This document shows, piece by piece, positions 23,201 through 35,374 of a DNA stretch of 64,000 nucleotides. Position numbers and translations under genes: made by a program. How positions within the stretch are numbered: the stretch's first letter is position 1; each line of letters opens with the position of its first letter. Below the pieces are notes generated by a model, which did no database searches, was not told where the DNA came from, and worked only from the letters and a program-made list of their open reading frames with translations. Origin of the DNA: a cyanobacterium endosymbiont of Rhopalodia gibba (lineage in GTDB: Bacteria; Cyanobacteriota; Cyanobacteriia; Cyanobacteriales; Microcystaceae); the NCBI GenBank assembly GCA_045159875.1, contig CP067995.1, positions 1,664,001-1,728,000 on the forward strand, read 5' to 3'.

Positions 23201-24598
23201 ATGCGTGTTTCGGATAAGTTTTTACTATTTACAGTTTTTTTTGCAAGTTCCTTTCTCATTCCTCCTGTCATCACTTTTAATGGATGTTATGACGTAGTTT
23301 GGTCCGCTGATATTAAATCCTTTGGTGAAGATGGACAAAATGGTCAATCTGGACTAGCCGGTCAAAACACTAAAAATAGTGATGATCTCACTCTATTTGC
23401 TGATGGTTCTCCTCTCACCTTAGACTTGGCTGGTCTTGATGGGGAAAAAGGACAAGATGGTCAAGATGGAAAAGCCGCTAACTGCGAATCCCAACCAGTT
23501 GATGTCTCCTATAATCTTCAAGCACCTAGTGGCGGTAATGGTGGTAATGGTGGTAACGGAGGGGATGGTGGTAATGGAGGGTCTTTGACCATCTATACCA
23601 CTGATATTACTAATCTTAAGCAAATTTATGTCAATGCGGCAGGAGGTAAAGCAGGAGAATCTGGCCTTGCTGGTAGAGGTGGTCAAGCTTGTCAGTGCAA
23701 CAATTCCTATTGGAATTTAGAAACTTGTACAGGGAATCCGAATAATTCTGATTATCGCTGTACAACCCGTAAGTTTCGCTGTCAAGATGGAAGACAGGGG
23801 TCTAATGGTATAAGTGGACTTAGGGGACGCGATGGAATTGTCGGAAAGTTAACTTTAGTTAATCTTGATAAACCTTTAGAACCAGATGAGTCTGCTGCAA
23901 CTGTAACAATGGCTACATTAAAGAAAAAAGGTTATCTTCTCTCAAAGAATAAATGGGAAACTCGTAACGGCGCAATGGCTTTATTTGCTCCTGGTTCAAT
24001 TATTGATGACCAGTATTTAGCTCTTGCTGAGCGGATAGAAAGGTCATTCCTGTTGGTATGGAATGCTCCCCAACAGTTTTCTGAATTTGCTAATCAAAAA
24101 ATCACTTTAGGATTAGAAGAAAATCAAAAAATTAAGGTTTATCTTCCTAATGATCTTTGGATTGAAGCAACAACTCAACAAAGGAATAAACTAACTCAGT
24201 TTATTATTTATAATGCCATTCGTGCTGGAGATACTACACAATTAGGAAGCGCAAAATTATCTGGCAGTAAGAGAAATCTTCAGTTGACTTTAATTGATAA
24301 AGGACAACAATCTGACTTGATTGCCACTAAATTTAAAATTATTTACAGAACAACTCGTTCTGATGCTCGTTTTCGCTCTGTTTCTGATTATATTACTCGA
24401 TATGAAGGAAAAATTCCAGAAGAATTGGTAATGCTCAATGGAAATAAATTTACTATTAAAATTGGACAGCTACCTATTAAACCTAATAATTTTCAATCAG
24501 GGTTAGGAGTAGAAATTAAAATTTTAGCTCTTCGCTATTTTGCAGGTTATTCTGCTAAACAAGTTATTACAGTTAAAGATATACTCGGACCGTTTTAA
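23201..24598 (+). CDS. Exported collagen-like (Gly-X-Y) protein with Cys-rich segment
   Basis: Signal-like N-terminus, GEDGQNGQSG, GEKGQDGQDGK, GGNGGNGGNGGDGGNGG and CQC...C...C...C. Confidence 0.85.
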   Translation: MRVSDKFLLFTVFFASSFLIPPVITFNGCYDVVWSADIKSFGEDGQNGQSGLAGQNTKNSDDLTLFADGSPLTLDLAGLDGEKGQDGQDGKAANCESQPVDVSYNLQAPSGGNGGNGGNGGDGGNGGSLTIYTTDITNLKQIYVNAAGGKAGESGLAGRGGQACQCNNSYWNLETCTGNPNNSDYRCTTRKFRCQDGRQGSNGISGLRGRDGIVGKLTLVNLDKPLEPDESAATVTMATLKKKGYLLSKNKWETRNGAMALFAPGSIIDDQYLALAERIERSFLLVWNAPQQFSEFANQKITLGLEENQKIKVYLPNDLWIEATTQQRNKLTQFIIYNAIRAGDTTQLGSAKLSGSKRNLQLTLIDKGQQSDLIATKFKIIYRTTRSDARFRSVSDYITRYEGKIPEELVMLNGNKFTIKIGQLPIKPNNFQSGLGVEIKILALRYFAGYSAKQVITVKDILGPF

Positions 24599-24958
24599 TA
24601 GACAAAACTTAAAGAGAACTATTCCCTAATTATAATAAAAAGTATTATTGTTTATATTAGAAATAAGAATAGTAAAAACAAGATAATAAATAGTCACTTT
24701 GGGGTACTTTCATATCAATAACATTGTCATACATCCGTCACAGGCGTAAAATAGAAGCGATAACTAGCGAAAGGTTTGAGATTGATATTAAAAGTCTCTG
24801 TTTAGTCTTATGTTTAGTCTTGATTGATCTAAACACTCAAAAATTATCTTTTAATTTGACGAAAACGAGTAAAGAAAATCATCAATAACTAGAGAAATAA
24901 ATTTAAAGTAAACTAGACTTTTTAGTATCTTATTAGATAATTTAAAATATATTTATTT

Positions 24959-27900
24959 ATGCCTACTCTACATGGAAGTTGGATTAACAAACTAGATAAG
25001 AGTTTTTTGTTTATTTGGGGAGAAACTTGGCGAAGTAATTATCCTGATACATCTAAAGATGTATCAGTTAACTTACATCTTTTTCTTCTCAATAAATTAG
25101 AGTTAATTAATTTACTGAAATCTAATAATTTAGAATTTTCTCCTAAAATAGAAGAAACATGGACTAGTCAAATCATTAATTTACCTAGTACTACAATTAA
25201 AAGCCAAAATATCGATGTTCCTTGTCTATCTTCTCAATTAGAGTCGAGCAAATTTAATACTTCTAAAAATTCTCTTTTTATAAAAAGTTGGGAAATACAA
25301 GGGTTTTGTTTAAAAGATATAGAAGCTATTAATTTTTTTAGACAATTACCCTTAGGGTTTTCAGGCAACCACGAAAATTATTTAGGTGAAGATTTAAAAT
25401 TTTGGTCTCATATTTATCGATGGAGTCTCGATTTATTGGCCAGGGGAAAATTTTTACCTGGACTTACTTATTTAAAGAAAAAAACTCCTCAAAGTCAGTG
25501 GTGTTTAATCCTAGATAGTACTATTGATCAAACTCGACTTTCTAAATTTAGTAACCTGATGCCAGCTGGATGCTTAGCCTATGTTAAAGGGCTTGAATCT
25601 GAGGTGGATATCAAAACCAATTTTTTAGAATCACAACAATTAATTTTAGATTTTCTTAAAAATATTATTGATATTTATATACGTTCATTTTCCCAGTCTA
25701 GTTCTTTCCTCAATCAAGATTTATTAGTTCAACGATGGTTGAAATCTTTGACAGAAGTAAATCCTAGTTTTACAGCTTCCACAAATGATATTAAAAGACT
25801 AGAAAATGCTTTATATAATTGGAGTTTATCTATTCAAGAATACTTAGTTAATTCAACTAATATAACTTTAATAATTAATCAATTTAGAGTATGTTTTTAT
25901 CTAGAGCCTCCTAGTTCAAAAGCTATCAATTCAGCCGATACTTACTGGAATTTAAAATATTACTTACAGGCCTTAGATGATAGAAAAGTTTTAGTAGATG
26001 CTCAAACTATTTGGGAACATCCTTTTGAACAATTATTATGGGGGGAAAGAACTATTGAAAAGCCTCAAGAAACTTTATTAAAGGGATTGGGACTGGCTTC
26101 CCGTCTCTATTCCCCTATTGCAGAAAGTTTAAAAGAAAGTCAACCTTTATGTTGTAAACTTAATTCCATTCAGGTCTATGACTTTATTAAATCGAGTGCT
26201 ACAATCTTAGAAGATAATGGATTGGGTGTTATTTTACCTTCTAGTTTAGCCAGAGAAAAAGAAGAGAAACGATTGGGAATTAGTATAGAGGCTGAAGTTA
26301 AATCAAAAAAAGAGGAACGCTTAAGCCTACAAAGTTTATTAAACTACCAATTAAAATTAGTAATTGGTAAACAAATAATTTCTCAAAAAGAGTTTAAAAA
26401 GTTGTTAGATCAAAAGTCTCCTCTGGTAGAAATTAATGGAGAATGGATCACCTTACAACCATCTGATATTCAGGCGGCAAAAATAGTTTTAAATAACTCT
26501 TATAGTCCACTTAAATTATCAGTTGAAGATGCTTTACGCCTCAGTATAGGAGATAGCAAAATGATTGCGAAACTTCCTGTTATTAATTTTAAACCATCTG
26601 GAGTTTTACAAGAATTAATCAATAATTTTACAAATCATCAATTGATTGAAATAATCAATAATCCCCCGGAATTTAAGGGAGAATTACGTCCTTATCAGAA
26701 AAGAGGTGTTAGTTGGTTAGCTTTTCTTGAACAATGGGGATTAGGAGCTTGTTTGGCAGATGATATGGGACTAGGAAAAACACCTCAACTTCTTGCATTT
26801 TTGCTTCATTTAAAAGCACAAGAGATGTTGAGAAAACCAGTATTATTAGTTTGTCCTACCTCTGTGTTAAATAATTGGGAGCGAGAAGTTCAAAAATTTT
26901 CTCCTACTTTATCAACTTTGATTCATCATGGAGAAAACAGAATGAAAGGAAAGTCTTTTGCTAAAATAGTAAAAAATAAACATTTAGTCTTCACAAGTTA
27001 TCCTCTCGTCTATCGAGATACTGAAACCTTAGAAAAAATTGAGTGGAAAGGATTAGTTTTAGACGAAGCTCAAAATATTAAAAATCCCCAAGCTAAACAG
27101 TCTCAAGCAGTTCGTAGATTAAAAACAGAGTTTCGAGTTGCTTTAACGGGAACGCCTGTGGAGAATCGCTTGTCAGAACTATGGTCAATTTTAGATTTTT
27201 TAAACCCAGGATTTTTAGGAAATCAACAATTTTTCCAGCGTCGTTTTGCTGAACCTATTGAAAAATATGGAGATCGAGAGTCTATACAAATCTTGCGGTC
27301 ACTGGTACGTCCTTTTATTTTAAGACGCTTAAAAAGCGACCAAGATATTATCCAGGATTTTCCTAAAAAGCAAGAAATGAATGTATTTTGTGGGTTATCC
27401 CCTGAACAAGGTAGACTCTATCAAAAATTAGTGGATAATTCTCTTCATGAACTTGAAGATAAAACCGGAATTCAACGTCAAGGAATAATTTTTTCATTAT
27501 TAATAAAGCTTAAGCAAATTTGTAATCATCCAGCACAATTTCTAAAAGAGAAAGAACTGATAATCTCTGAGCGTTCTGGTAAACTTATGAGGTTAGAAGC
27601 GATGTTAGAAGAATTGATCGAAGAAGATAATCACGTTTTGATTTTTACCCAATTTTCTGAGTGGGGAAAATTATTACAACCTTACTTACAAAAAAGATTT
27701 TCTCAAGATGTTTTCTTTTTATACGGTGCAACTCGTCGAGAGAAACGACAAGAAATGATTGATCGCTTTCAAAATGATCCCAATGGTCCTGCTATTTTTA
27801 TTCTCTCCTTAAAAGCCGGGGGAACAGGATTAAATTTGACTCGTGCTAATCATGTTTTCCATATTGATCGTTGGTGGAATCCTGCAGTAGAAAACCAGGC

Positions 27901-28123
27901 AACAGATAGAGCATTTCGCATTGGACAAAAACGAAATGTTCAAATTCATAAATTTATTTGTACAGGGACGTTAGAAGAGAAAATTAATGATTTGCTAGAA
28001 AGTAAAAAACAATTAGCGGAACAAACTGTTGACGCAGGAGAAAATTGGCTGACCAAGTTAAACACTGATGAACTAAGAACTTTATTATTACTTGATCGTA
28101 AAGCAATTCTTGATGAAGAGTAG
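24959..28123 (+). CDS. SNF2-family DEAD/DEAH helicase (SWI2/SNF2 ATPase, DUF3670-containing)
   Basis: LRPYQKRG, GACLADDMGLGKT, LDEAQNIKN, LTGTPVENRL, SLKAGGTGLNLT and WWNPAVENQATDRAFRIGQ. Confidence 0.96.
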   Translation: MPTLHGSWINKLDKSFLFIWGETWRSNYPDTSKDVSVNLHLFLLNKLELINLLKSNNLEFSPKIEETWTSQIINLPSTTIKSQNIDVPCLSSQLESSKFNTSKNSLFIKSWEIQGFCLKDIEAINFFRQLPLGFSGNHENYLGEDLKFWSHIYRWSLDLLARGKFLPGLTYLKKKTPQSQWCLILDSTIDQTRLSKFSNLMPAGCLAYVKGLESEVDIKTNFLESQQLILDFLKNIIDIYIRSFSQSSSFLNQDLLVQRWLKSLTEVNPSFTASTNDIKRLENALYNWSLSIQEYLVNSTNITLIINQFRVCFYLEPPSSKAINSADTYWNLKYYLQALDDRKVLVDAQTIWEHPFEQLLWGERTIEKPQETLLKGLGLASRLYSPIAESLKESQPLCCKLNSIQVYDFIKSSATILEDNGLGVILPSSLAREKEEKRLGISIEAEVKSKKEERLSLQSLLNYQLKLVIGKQIISQKEFKKLLDQKSPLVEINGEWITLQPSDIQAAKIVLNNSYSPLKLSVEDALRLSIGDSKMIAKLPVINFKPSGVLQELINNFTNHQLIEIINNPPEFKGELRPYQKRGVSWLAFLEQWGLGACLADDMGLGKTPQLLAFLLHLKAQEMLRKPVLLVCPTSVLNNWEREVQKFSPTLSTLIHHGENRMKGKSFAKIVKNKHLVFTSYPLVYRDTETLEKIEWKGLVLDEAQNIKNPQAKQSQAVRRLKTEFRVALTGTPVENRLSELWSILDFLNPGFLGNQQFFQRRFAEPIEKYGDRESIQILRSLVRPFILRRLKSDQDIIQDFPKKQEMNVFCGLSPEQGRLYQKLVDNSLHELEDKTGIQRQGIIFSLLIKLKQICNHPAQFLKEKELIISERSGKLMRLEAMLEELIEEDNHVLIFTQFSEWGKLLQPYLQKRFSQDVFFLYGATRREKRQEMIDRFQNDPNGPAIFILSLKAGGTGLNLTRANHVFHIDRWWNPAVENQATDRAFRIGQKRNVQIHKFICTGTLEEKINDLLESKKQLAEQTVDAGENWLTKLNTDELRTLLLLDRKAILDEE

Positions 28124-28557
28124 ATAACAAATAATTCTAATCACATTTCCGTATCTATAAAATACAGAATTTGCTTAATTAAAGCTGAAATTTTCTTTTA
28201 AAAACTAGTCGTATTAAAGCTAAAAATATTGCATTGATAATAGTTATTTTTGTTCAGAAGTTTAATTTTTATTAAAACTAATTTTTTTAAAAAATACAAT
28301 ACAGTTTTAAAACCCATTTTTAATTCGATAGACATACTTCCATGAAAAATTTAAAAATAATAATTAATTTATTTTTTGGTAATTTCTTCTTCTACTTTAG
28401 ATTTTTTTACTAATTTAATAAAATACTATTTGCCACAATCTTTTATTAAGAAAATTTATTTTAGTTAAATCACTCTATTTTTTGAGATAAATATTTACTA
28501 ATTAATTAAATTTAGCTGTCTTGTACTTATCTTTGAGTTTAATCACATAAGTTTTTG

Positions 28558-28601
28558 TATGAGTAGATTAATCTATCTATAGATATATTAATCTACTCAT
28601 A
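28558..28601. repeat. 44-bp palindrome with one mismatched pair
   Basis: TATGAGTAGATTAAT-C-TATCTA|TAGATA-T-ATTAATCTACTCATA. Confidence 0.92.
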
Positions 28602-29217
28602 ACCCTGAATCACCATAGCAGTTAATTTTTTCCTAAAAGATTTTGTATTATTACGATAAATTACTACTTTTTAAGTTTTAATTCAATCAGAATTTAAAAT
28701 AGTTTCTTCAGTTAGATGTCGATTATTCTAGATTTTTAGTATACTATATAAGTTATCAAAAAATATATAATTTTAATGTACTAAATTTTTAGTATGATTT
28801 TTCTATATTTTTTTAAAACCTTATATTTTTTATGGGTAAAATTTAGAGAAAATTAACGATATTTAATAGGTATCATTAAATTTAATTTTTATTTTTGAGC
28901 AAAATATACTCACTTTTATTTAATAAAAAATTAGCCAGCTTGAACTCAGGACAATAGAAATAAACTAGCCGTTAGTATAGTCTTATTCTTTGAAAAAAAA
29001 CAGCAAAAAAGCTTATATTTAAAAATAATAATTAGAAATTTTTATTTTTAAAAAGTTAATATAGAATTTATGGCATAACATATTTAGTGAAACCGTATTT
29101 TTTAGATTGACTAATATTTTTAAATTCTTTAATTGAGCATTAACTTATTCCATTCCATAAATTATATCTGCTACTGCTTAAGTTAATTAATCGATAGTCT
29201 TATCATAAAGGTTTTTA

Positions 29218-29255
29218 AGAGTTTTAATAATCTTCTTTGAGATTATTAAAACTCT
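29218..29255. repeat. Perfect inverted repeat, 16-bp arms
   Basis: AGAGTTTTAATAATCT-TCTTTG-AGATTATTAAAACTCT. Confidence 0.9.
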
Positions 29256-30430
29256 ATTTTTCCTCAAATATTAGCTATAATACTATTAATTTATTTTTTT
29301 TTATTTATCAAATAACTCCTTCATATAAATTAACTAATAATACACAATAACTCTTCTGTTCTTCTTGATTAAAGAACAAGAGAGTTATAAATTGTTAATT
29401 GTTTCAATTTATTAGTTTTTTATATGTAATTTTTAACTTAAATCTTACACTATATATTTTTCTATCTAATGAACCTCTATATGTATTAATTCTTATACCT
29501 ATTAAATATTATTTAATAATAACCAATTTTATATATATGGTCTTATTTACTCAAAGTAAACCTCTAATATTAAATTAATTATCTTGATAGATATTGCCAA
29601 CAATTAAAATTAAGTCAAAATAAATATATTTTTTAATTAACAATCAAACTTTATATTTATATTTTTAATTTTTACATAACCAGCTTGGTTAGTTAGAACC
29701 AGGTTATTTGAGTTGGTTAAAATAACATGTAGAAATGAGTGAACTAAAAGTCTGTCCCTAAATTAGGGTACTTGTAGTTTCTTATTTTTTTAGAAAATAC
29801 AAAAAATTTAACTCAAAGTCTTAATAGACAAAATACATTTTAAGTTATACAAAAAATGTTTAACCGTATAGTTGATCTTTTAAAAAAGCTTAACAAGACT
29901 GCTGAATAACACTCTTTAATCACAAATTTTCTAGATAAAAAATTATTCATTTTTAGGAATATCTTCAACAGACCAAAGTCCCTCAATTAGAGGAGAATTA
30001 GCTATCTAAGTAATTGTTGAGATACAACAACTTTACCGGTTTACATTACCAGTTGACATTATAAAAGTCAATAATTAGGAATATGAGTGTAGTCAAAACT
30101 AATATCGTAGTTGAAGATTTACTTGGAAACAGTATTTCGTGAATTCTAGTTCACTCGAAAACCTCTTGTCTTCGACGAGCAGGATAACTATTGAGCTCAT
30201 ACTTGTACTTAAGAAGACAAGCTAGATAGCTAAGCATTATATAAGCGACACTAGCCACTTACAGTAAAATTTTGGTTAATTTTAGGATAATTACAAAGTT
30301 TTCGACAGAAAAATCTCTTATTCGGTTTTGTTATTTTTTGATATGGTCAATTTTTGTGCCAATTTAAAGTTATGCTACATAATTGACTGATTCCTCATCA
30401 ACTTTAATTAGGAAGAGTTCGAGCTAACCT

Positions 30431-31561
30431 ATGAAAACTTGGATTAAAGATAAAATTCCTCGAGTTTCACCAGAGGCTCTAGATAAATTGCGCGAGGAAC
30501 TCCTAGAAGAAGCTAAACTCGAGACTAATTTTCTGATTTTGACCTTCAGTTCTTGTATTATTGCCAGTTTGGGACTATTAATGAATAGTGCTGCCGTGAT
30601 TATAGGAGCAATGTTGATTGCACCACTAATGTTGCCATTAAGAGCATTGGCACTTGGTGCACTGGATACAAATGGGAAACTTTTAGAAACTAGCTTATTA
30701 ACCTTAAGTGTAGGTACCCTTATATCCATTCTTATATCGGGACTAGTGGGGGGATTGTTCGGGGTTCCTGCAGCTTCTTTTGGGGGAGAAATTTTGGCAC
30801 GGACCCAACCCAACCTAGCGGATTTAGGAGTGGCAGTGATGGCAGGAGGGATTAGTGGGTTTGCTAAAATTCAACGTAAAATCAGCGACGCGTTGGCAGG
30901 AACTGCGATCTCAGTGGCTTTAATGCCTCCATTATGCGTAGTGGGTATTGCCCTGTCTCAACAAGATTGGCAACTTAGTAGTGGATCCTTTCTCCTCTAT
31001 TTAACCAATTTATTAGGGATTACCCTTTCTTCTCTATCTATTTTTACTTTGGGGGGATATTACCTCAATTATAGCCGTACAGGGAAAGCATTAGGAGGAT
31101 TTTTCGTCATGACAGGACTTCTAATTTTTCCTTTGTTCATAAGTTTTTGGAATCTTATTCAGGAAGAACGATTTGAAGCCGATATAAAAAAAATTCTTCA
31201 GAATCAAACAATCACTGTCGGTCAACAAACGGAACTAATTAAATTTGAGGTTCAATGGCCTCGAGTCCCTTGGAGTAAGAAAAGGCCTACTGTATTTTTA
31301 ACCGTTCAAGAGAATGCAGATAACCCCGTTACCCCAAATCAAGTGCGCTTAGTAGAAACTTTACTTGAACGCTCTTTAGGAAAAAAATTTAAGCTAGTTT
31401 TTCTAGCTAGTGAATTACGAGAAGTTCGTGCTGAGCAGGAAGAGGAACTCTCTCCCTATTTTCTTTTTGATCCCCTTCCTCCTCCATTAATGCCTCGAAA
31501 TGAACGTAACTCATCATCCTCTTCTTTTACCCCTTCGTTTCGAGTTGACGAGAATCTCTAA
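30431..31561 (+). CDS. DUF389 (TIGR00341-like) membrane protein
   Basis: IASLGLLMNSAAVIIGAMLIAPLM.P, EILART.PNLADL and LAGTAISVALMPPLCVVGI. Confidence 0.92.
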   Translation: MKTWIKDKIPRVSPEALDKLREELLEEAKLETNFLILTFSSCIIASLGLLMNSAAVIIGAMLIAPLMLPLRALALGALDTNGKLLETSLLTLSVGTLISILISGLVGGLFGVPAASFGGEILARTQPNLADLGVAVMAGGISGFAKIQRKISDALAGTAISVALMPPLCVVGIALSQQDWQLSSGSFLLYLTNLLGITLSSLSIFTLGGYYLNYSRTGKALGGFFVMTGLLIFPLFISFWNLIQEERFEADIKKILQNQTITVGQQTELIKFEVQWPRVPWSKKRPTVFLTVQENADNPVTPNQVRLVETLLERSLGKKFKLVFLASELREVRAEQEEELSPYFLFDPLPPPLMPRNERNSSSSSFTPSFRVDENL

Positions 31562-31735
31562 ATACCCCTATTTCCCTCGGATTAGTTCGCTAATCAAGAT
31601 TTAATGTGTCATAGAACCTTAATCTATTAGTTGAAGTAAGTAGAGTGTATGAGGCAAAATTTAAGTTTTAACTATCCTGACTGCAATTTTTTTATGTTAG
31701 AAAAGTTCTGAGAAAGTGTTAACTTGAGTTATTAG

Positions 31736-33055
<1,320 letters not shown>

Positions 33056-33065
33056 TCAACTGAAA

Positions 33066-33088
33066 ATGGGTGGGTTATTCCCGCCCAT
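33066..33088 (+). terminator. Stem-loop after ahcY
   Basis: ATGGGTGGG-TTATT-CCCGCCCAT, 10 nt after the stop codon. Weak U-tract. Confidence 0.5.
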
Positions 33089-33149
33089 CGTGATTTACAG
33101 TAAATAATCAATAGTTAAGTTACTTTCCCAAAAATCAATGTAGTATAGC

Positions 33150-33773
33150 ATGGCAAAACTTTCAGTTGAATTAGAACGCTATTTTTTTGAAGAAGAAAGA
33201 GCTTCAAATGTTAAACTTGCCGATATTTTATCTTTAGCTGGGGAGCGAATCTTTGGATTTTTATTTGTTACTCTAGCTTTACCTTCAGCTTTACCAGTTC
33301 CTGCCCCAGGTTACTCCATTCCTTTTGGAATTTTAATGTTTCTCTTGGCTATTCAACTGATTGCAGGATATGAAGTTCTTTGGTTTCCTGAAAAGATAAT
33401 GAAAGGGTCAATTAAACTGGAGACAGTGCAGAAATTCCTAGAAAAAGGACTTCCTTGGTTAAAAAAAATTGAGGCATTGACTCACCCTCGTATGACCTAT
33501 ATTTGTACAAGTTCACCAGGAAGAGTTGTGATCGGTGTGGCAATTGCTTTAATGTCTATTTTTATGATGATTCCTATTCCGGGAACTAATACTTTACCTG
33601 CAATTGGAATTTTTGTGACTGCTTTTGGATTACAAGAAAATGATGGATTTATTAGTCTAGTAGGACTAGTTATTTGTCTAATTGCTGGTACTACGTCAAC
33701 TTTAATTATTTTCTTAGGGAAAGAGGTTATTGAAAGAATTTTTGACATTATAAAATGGTTTTTAGGCGGTTAA
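33150..33773 (+). CDS. exoD: Exopolysaccharide synthesis protein ExoD
   Basis: GER.FGFL...LALPSALP.P.PGYS.PFG and PIPGTNTLPA.GI....GL...DG. Confidence 0.92.
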   Translation: MAKLSVELERYFFEEERASNVKLADILSLAGERIFGFLFVTLALPSALPVPAPGYSIPFGILMFLLAIQLIAGYEVLWFPEKIMKGSIKLETVQKFLEKGLPWLKKIEALTHPRMTYICTSSPGRVVIGVAIALMSIFMMIPIPGTNTLPAIGIFVTAFGLQENDGFISLVGLVICLIAGTTSTLIIFLGKEVIERIFDIIKWFLGG

Positions 33774-33811
33774 AATTTATACAATTATTTATCAACCTAG
33801 ATACTTAGATT

Positions 33812-35170
33812 ATGACTCATTCTTCAACTCGCCCCGCTAAAATTAGCTTTGTCATCCCCAATTCTATCGCTAATGAAGTTGGTTTTGAAGTGGGGGATTC
33901 TTTGATGTCTATTAATGGTTTTCCACTGCGGGATTTAATAGATTATCAATTTTTATGTTCTGATGAATATTTAGAATTAGAGGTAGTTGATAATAAAGGA
34001 AAAACTCATTATGTAGAAATCCAAAAAAATTATGATGATGATTTAGGATTAGAGTTCGAAAAGGCCTTATTTGATGAGTTAATTCAATGTAATAACCATT
34101 GTCCTTTTTGTTTTATTGATCAACAACCTCCAGGAAAACGAGATAGTCTTTACTTAAAAGATGATGATTATCGTTTGAGCTTTCTTTATGGTAGTTATTT
34201 GACCTTGACTAATTTGACTAAAAAGGAATGGGAACGTATTGAAAGAATGCGTCTTTCTCCTCTGTATGTTTCAGTCCACTCAACAGAAGCTGATGTACGA
34301 GTTCGTTTATTAAAAAATCCCCGCGCTGGACAGATTATAGAACAGTTTAAATGGTTTCAAGAACGACAGTTGCAAATCCATGCTCAAGTGGTTGTTTGTC
34401 CGGGAATTAATGATAGTTTGCATTTAGAAAAAACCTTGACTGATTTAGCCTTATTTCATCAAGGAGATATTCCGACAATTATTTCTACTGCAGTGGTTCC
34501 AGTAGGATTAACTCGCTTTCGTTCTTTAGACGATAAATTAATTCCAGTCACTAAAACTAAAGCAAAAGAAGTTATTAAACAAGTTCAAGCTTTGCAAAAA
34601 AAATTTCACCATAGATTTAACAGTAATTTTGTTTGGTTAGCTGATGAATGGTTCTTAATTGGACAAGAAGAATTACCTCCAGAATCTCACTATGAAGATT
34701 ATCCACAAAGTGATAATGGAGTCGGTTCAATCCGTCAATTTATCAAAGAATTTGAAACAACAGTAAAACATTTATTGCCAGCTAAAGTTAATAAATCAGT
34801 TACCCTTACTTGGGTTGTCGGAAATGCCGTAAAAAAAGCCTTTCAACCCCTAGTTAAAAAATTAAATAAAGTAGATGGATTAACAATTAAATTAGAAGCA
34901 TTACAGAGTCATTACTGGGGACAAGAAACAACAGTAACAGGACTATTGACAGGCGAAGATATATTGACCCAATTACAAGGAAAAGATTTAGGTAATGGAA
35001 TTTTATTACCTTCAATTATGCTTAAACACAATGATATTTATTTCCTAGACGATATGACGGTTGAAGAATTAGCTAAACAATTGAATGTTGAAATTTTTCC
35101 TGTTACTGGGATTGAGGAACTTGTTCGAATTTGTTTAGATAGTTCCACTTTGCCTACTATATTAAACTAA
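33812..35170 (+). CDS. TIGR03279/DUF512 radical-SAM-like Fe-S protein with N-terminal PDZ-like domain
   Basis: CNNHCPFCFIDQQP.GKR.SLY.KDDDYRLSFLYGSYLTLTN and VVPVGLTRFR. Confidence 0.92.
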   Translation: MTHSSTRPAKISFVIPNSIANEVGFEVGDSLMSINGFPLRDLIDYQFLCSDEYLELEVVDNKGKTHYVEIQKNYDDDLGLEFEKALFDELIQCNNHCPFCFIDQQPPGKRDSLYLKDDDYRLSFLYGSYLTLTNLTKKEWERIERMRLSPLYVSVHSTEADVRVRLLKNPRAGQIIEQFKWFQERQLQIHAQVVVCPGINDSLHLEKTLTDLALFHQGDIPTIISTAVVPVGLTRFRSLDDKLIPVTKTKAKEVIKQVQALQKKFHHRFNSNFVWLADEWFLIGQEELPPESHYEDYPQSDNGVGSIRQFIKEFETTVKHLLPAKVNKSVTLTWVVGNAVKKAFQPLVKKLNKVDGLTIKLEALQSHYWGQETTVTGLLTGEDILTQLQGKDLGNGILLPSIMLKHNDIYFLDDMTVEELAKQLNVEIFPVTGIEELVRICLDSSTLPTILN

Positions 35171-35311
35171 TAGAGAACTGAAGCATTTTTCTAAGAAAAT
35201 AAAGCCCCCTTTGCAGACTTAATTGATAAGTTACTACACTATTTCTGGGGGTCCTCTATTGAAAGTTTAAATCTTTTTTTTAGAGTAGTTTAGGATAAAA
35301 AACATAGCAAA

Positions 35312-35336
35312 ATGGACAGGGTACTAGCCTGTCCAT
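35312..35336 (-). terminator. Rho-independent terminator of petCA
   Basis: ATGGACAGG-7nt-CCTGTCCAT, followed on the minus strand by TTTGCTATGTTTTTT. Confidence 0.65.
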
Positions 35337-35374
35337 CTAGAATTATATAATTTTTGAAAAAGTTGCGAAAAGGC

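Noticed and set aside
24959..28123. SNF2 helicase as a possible anti-phage defence gene
   Set aside because: It matches the common cyanobacterial housekeeping-type SNF2, and there are no defence partners nearby.
29700..30260. Moderately GC tract upstream of the DUF389 gene
   Set aside because: Likely a pseudogene remnant, but there is no recognisable motif.
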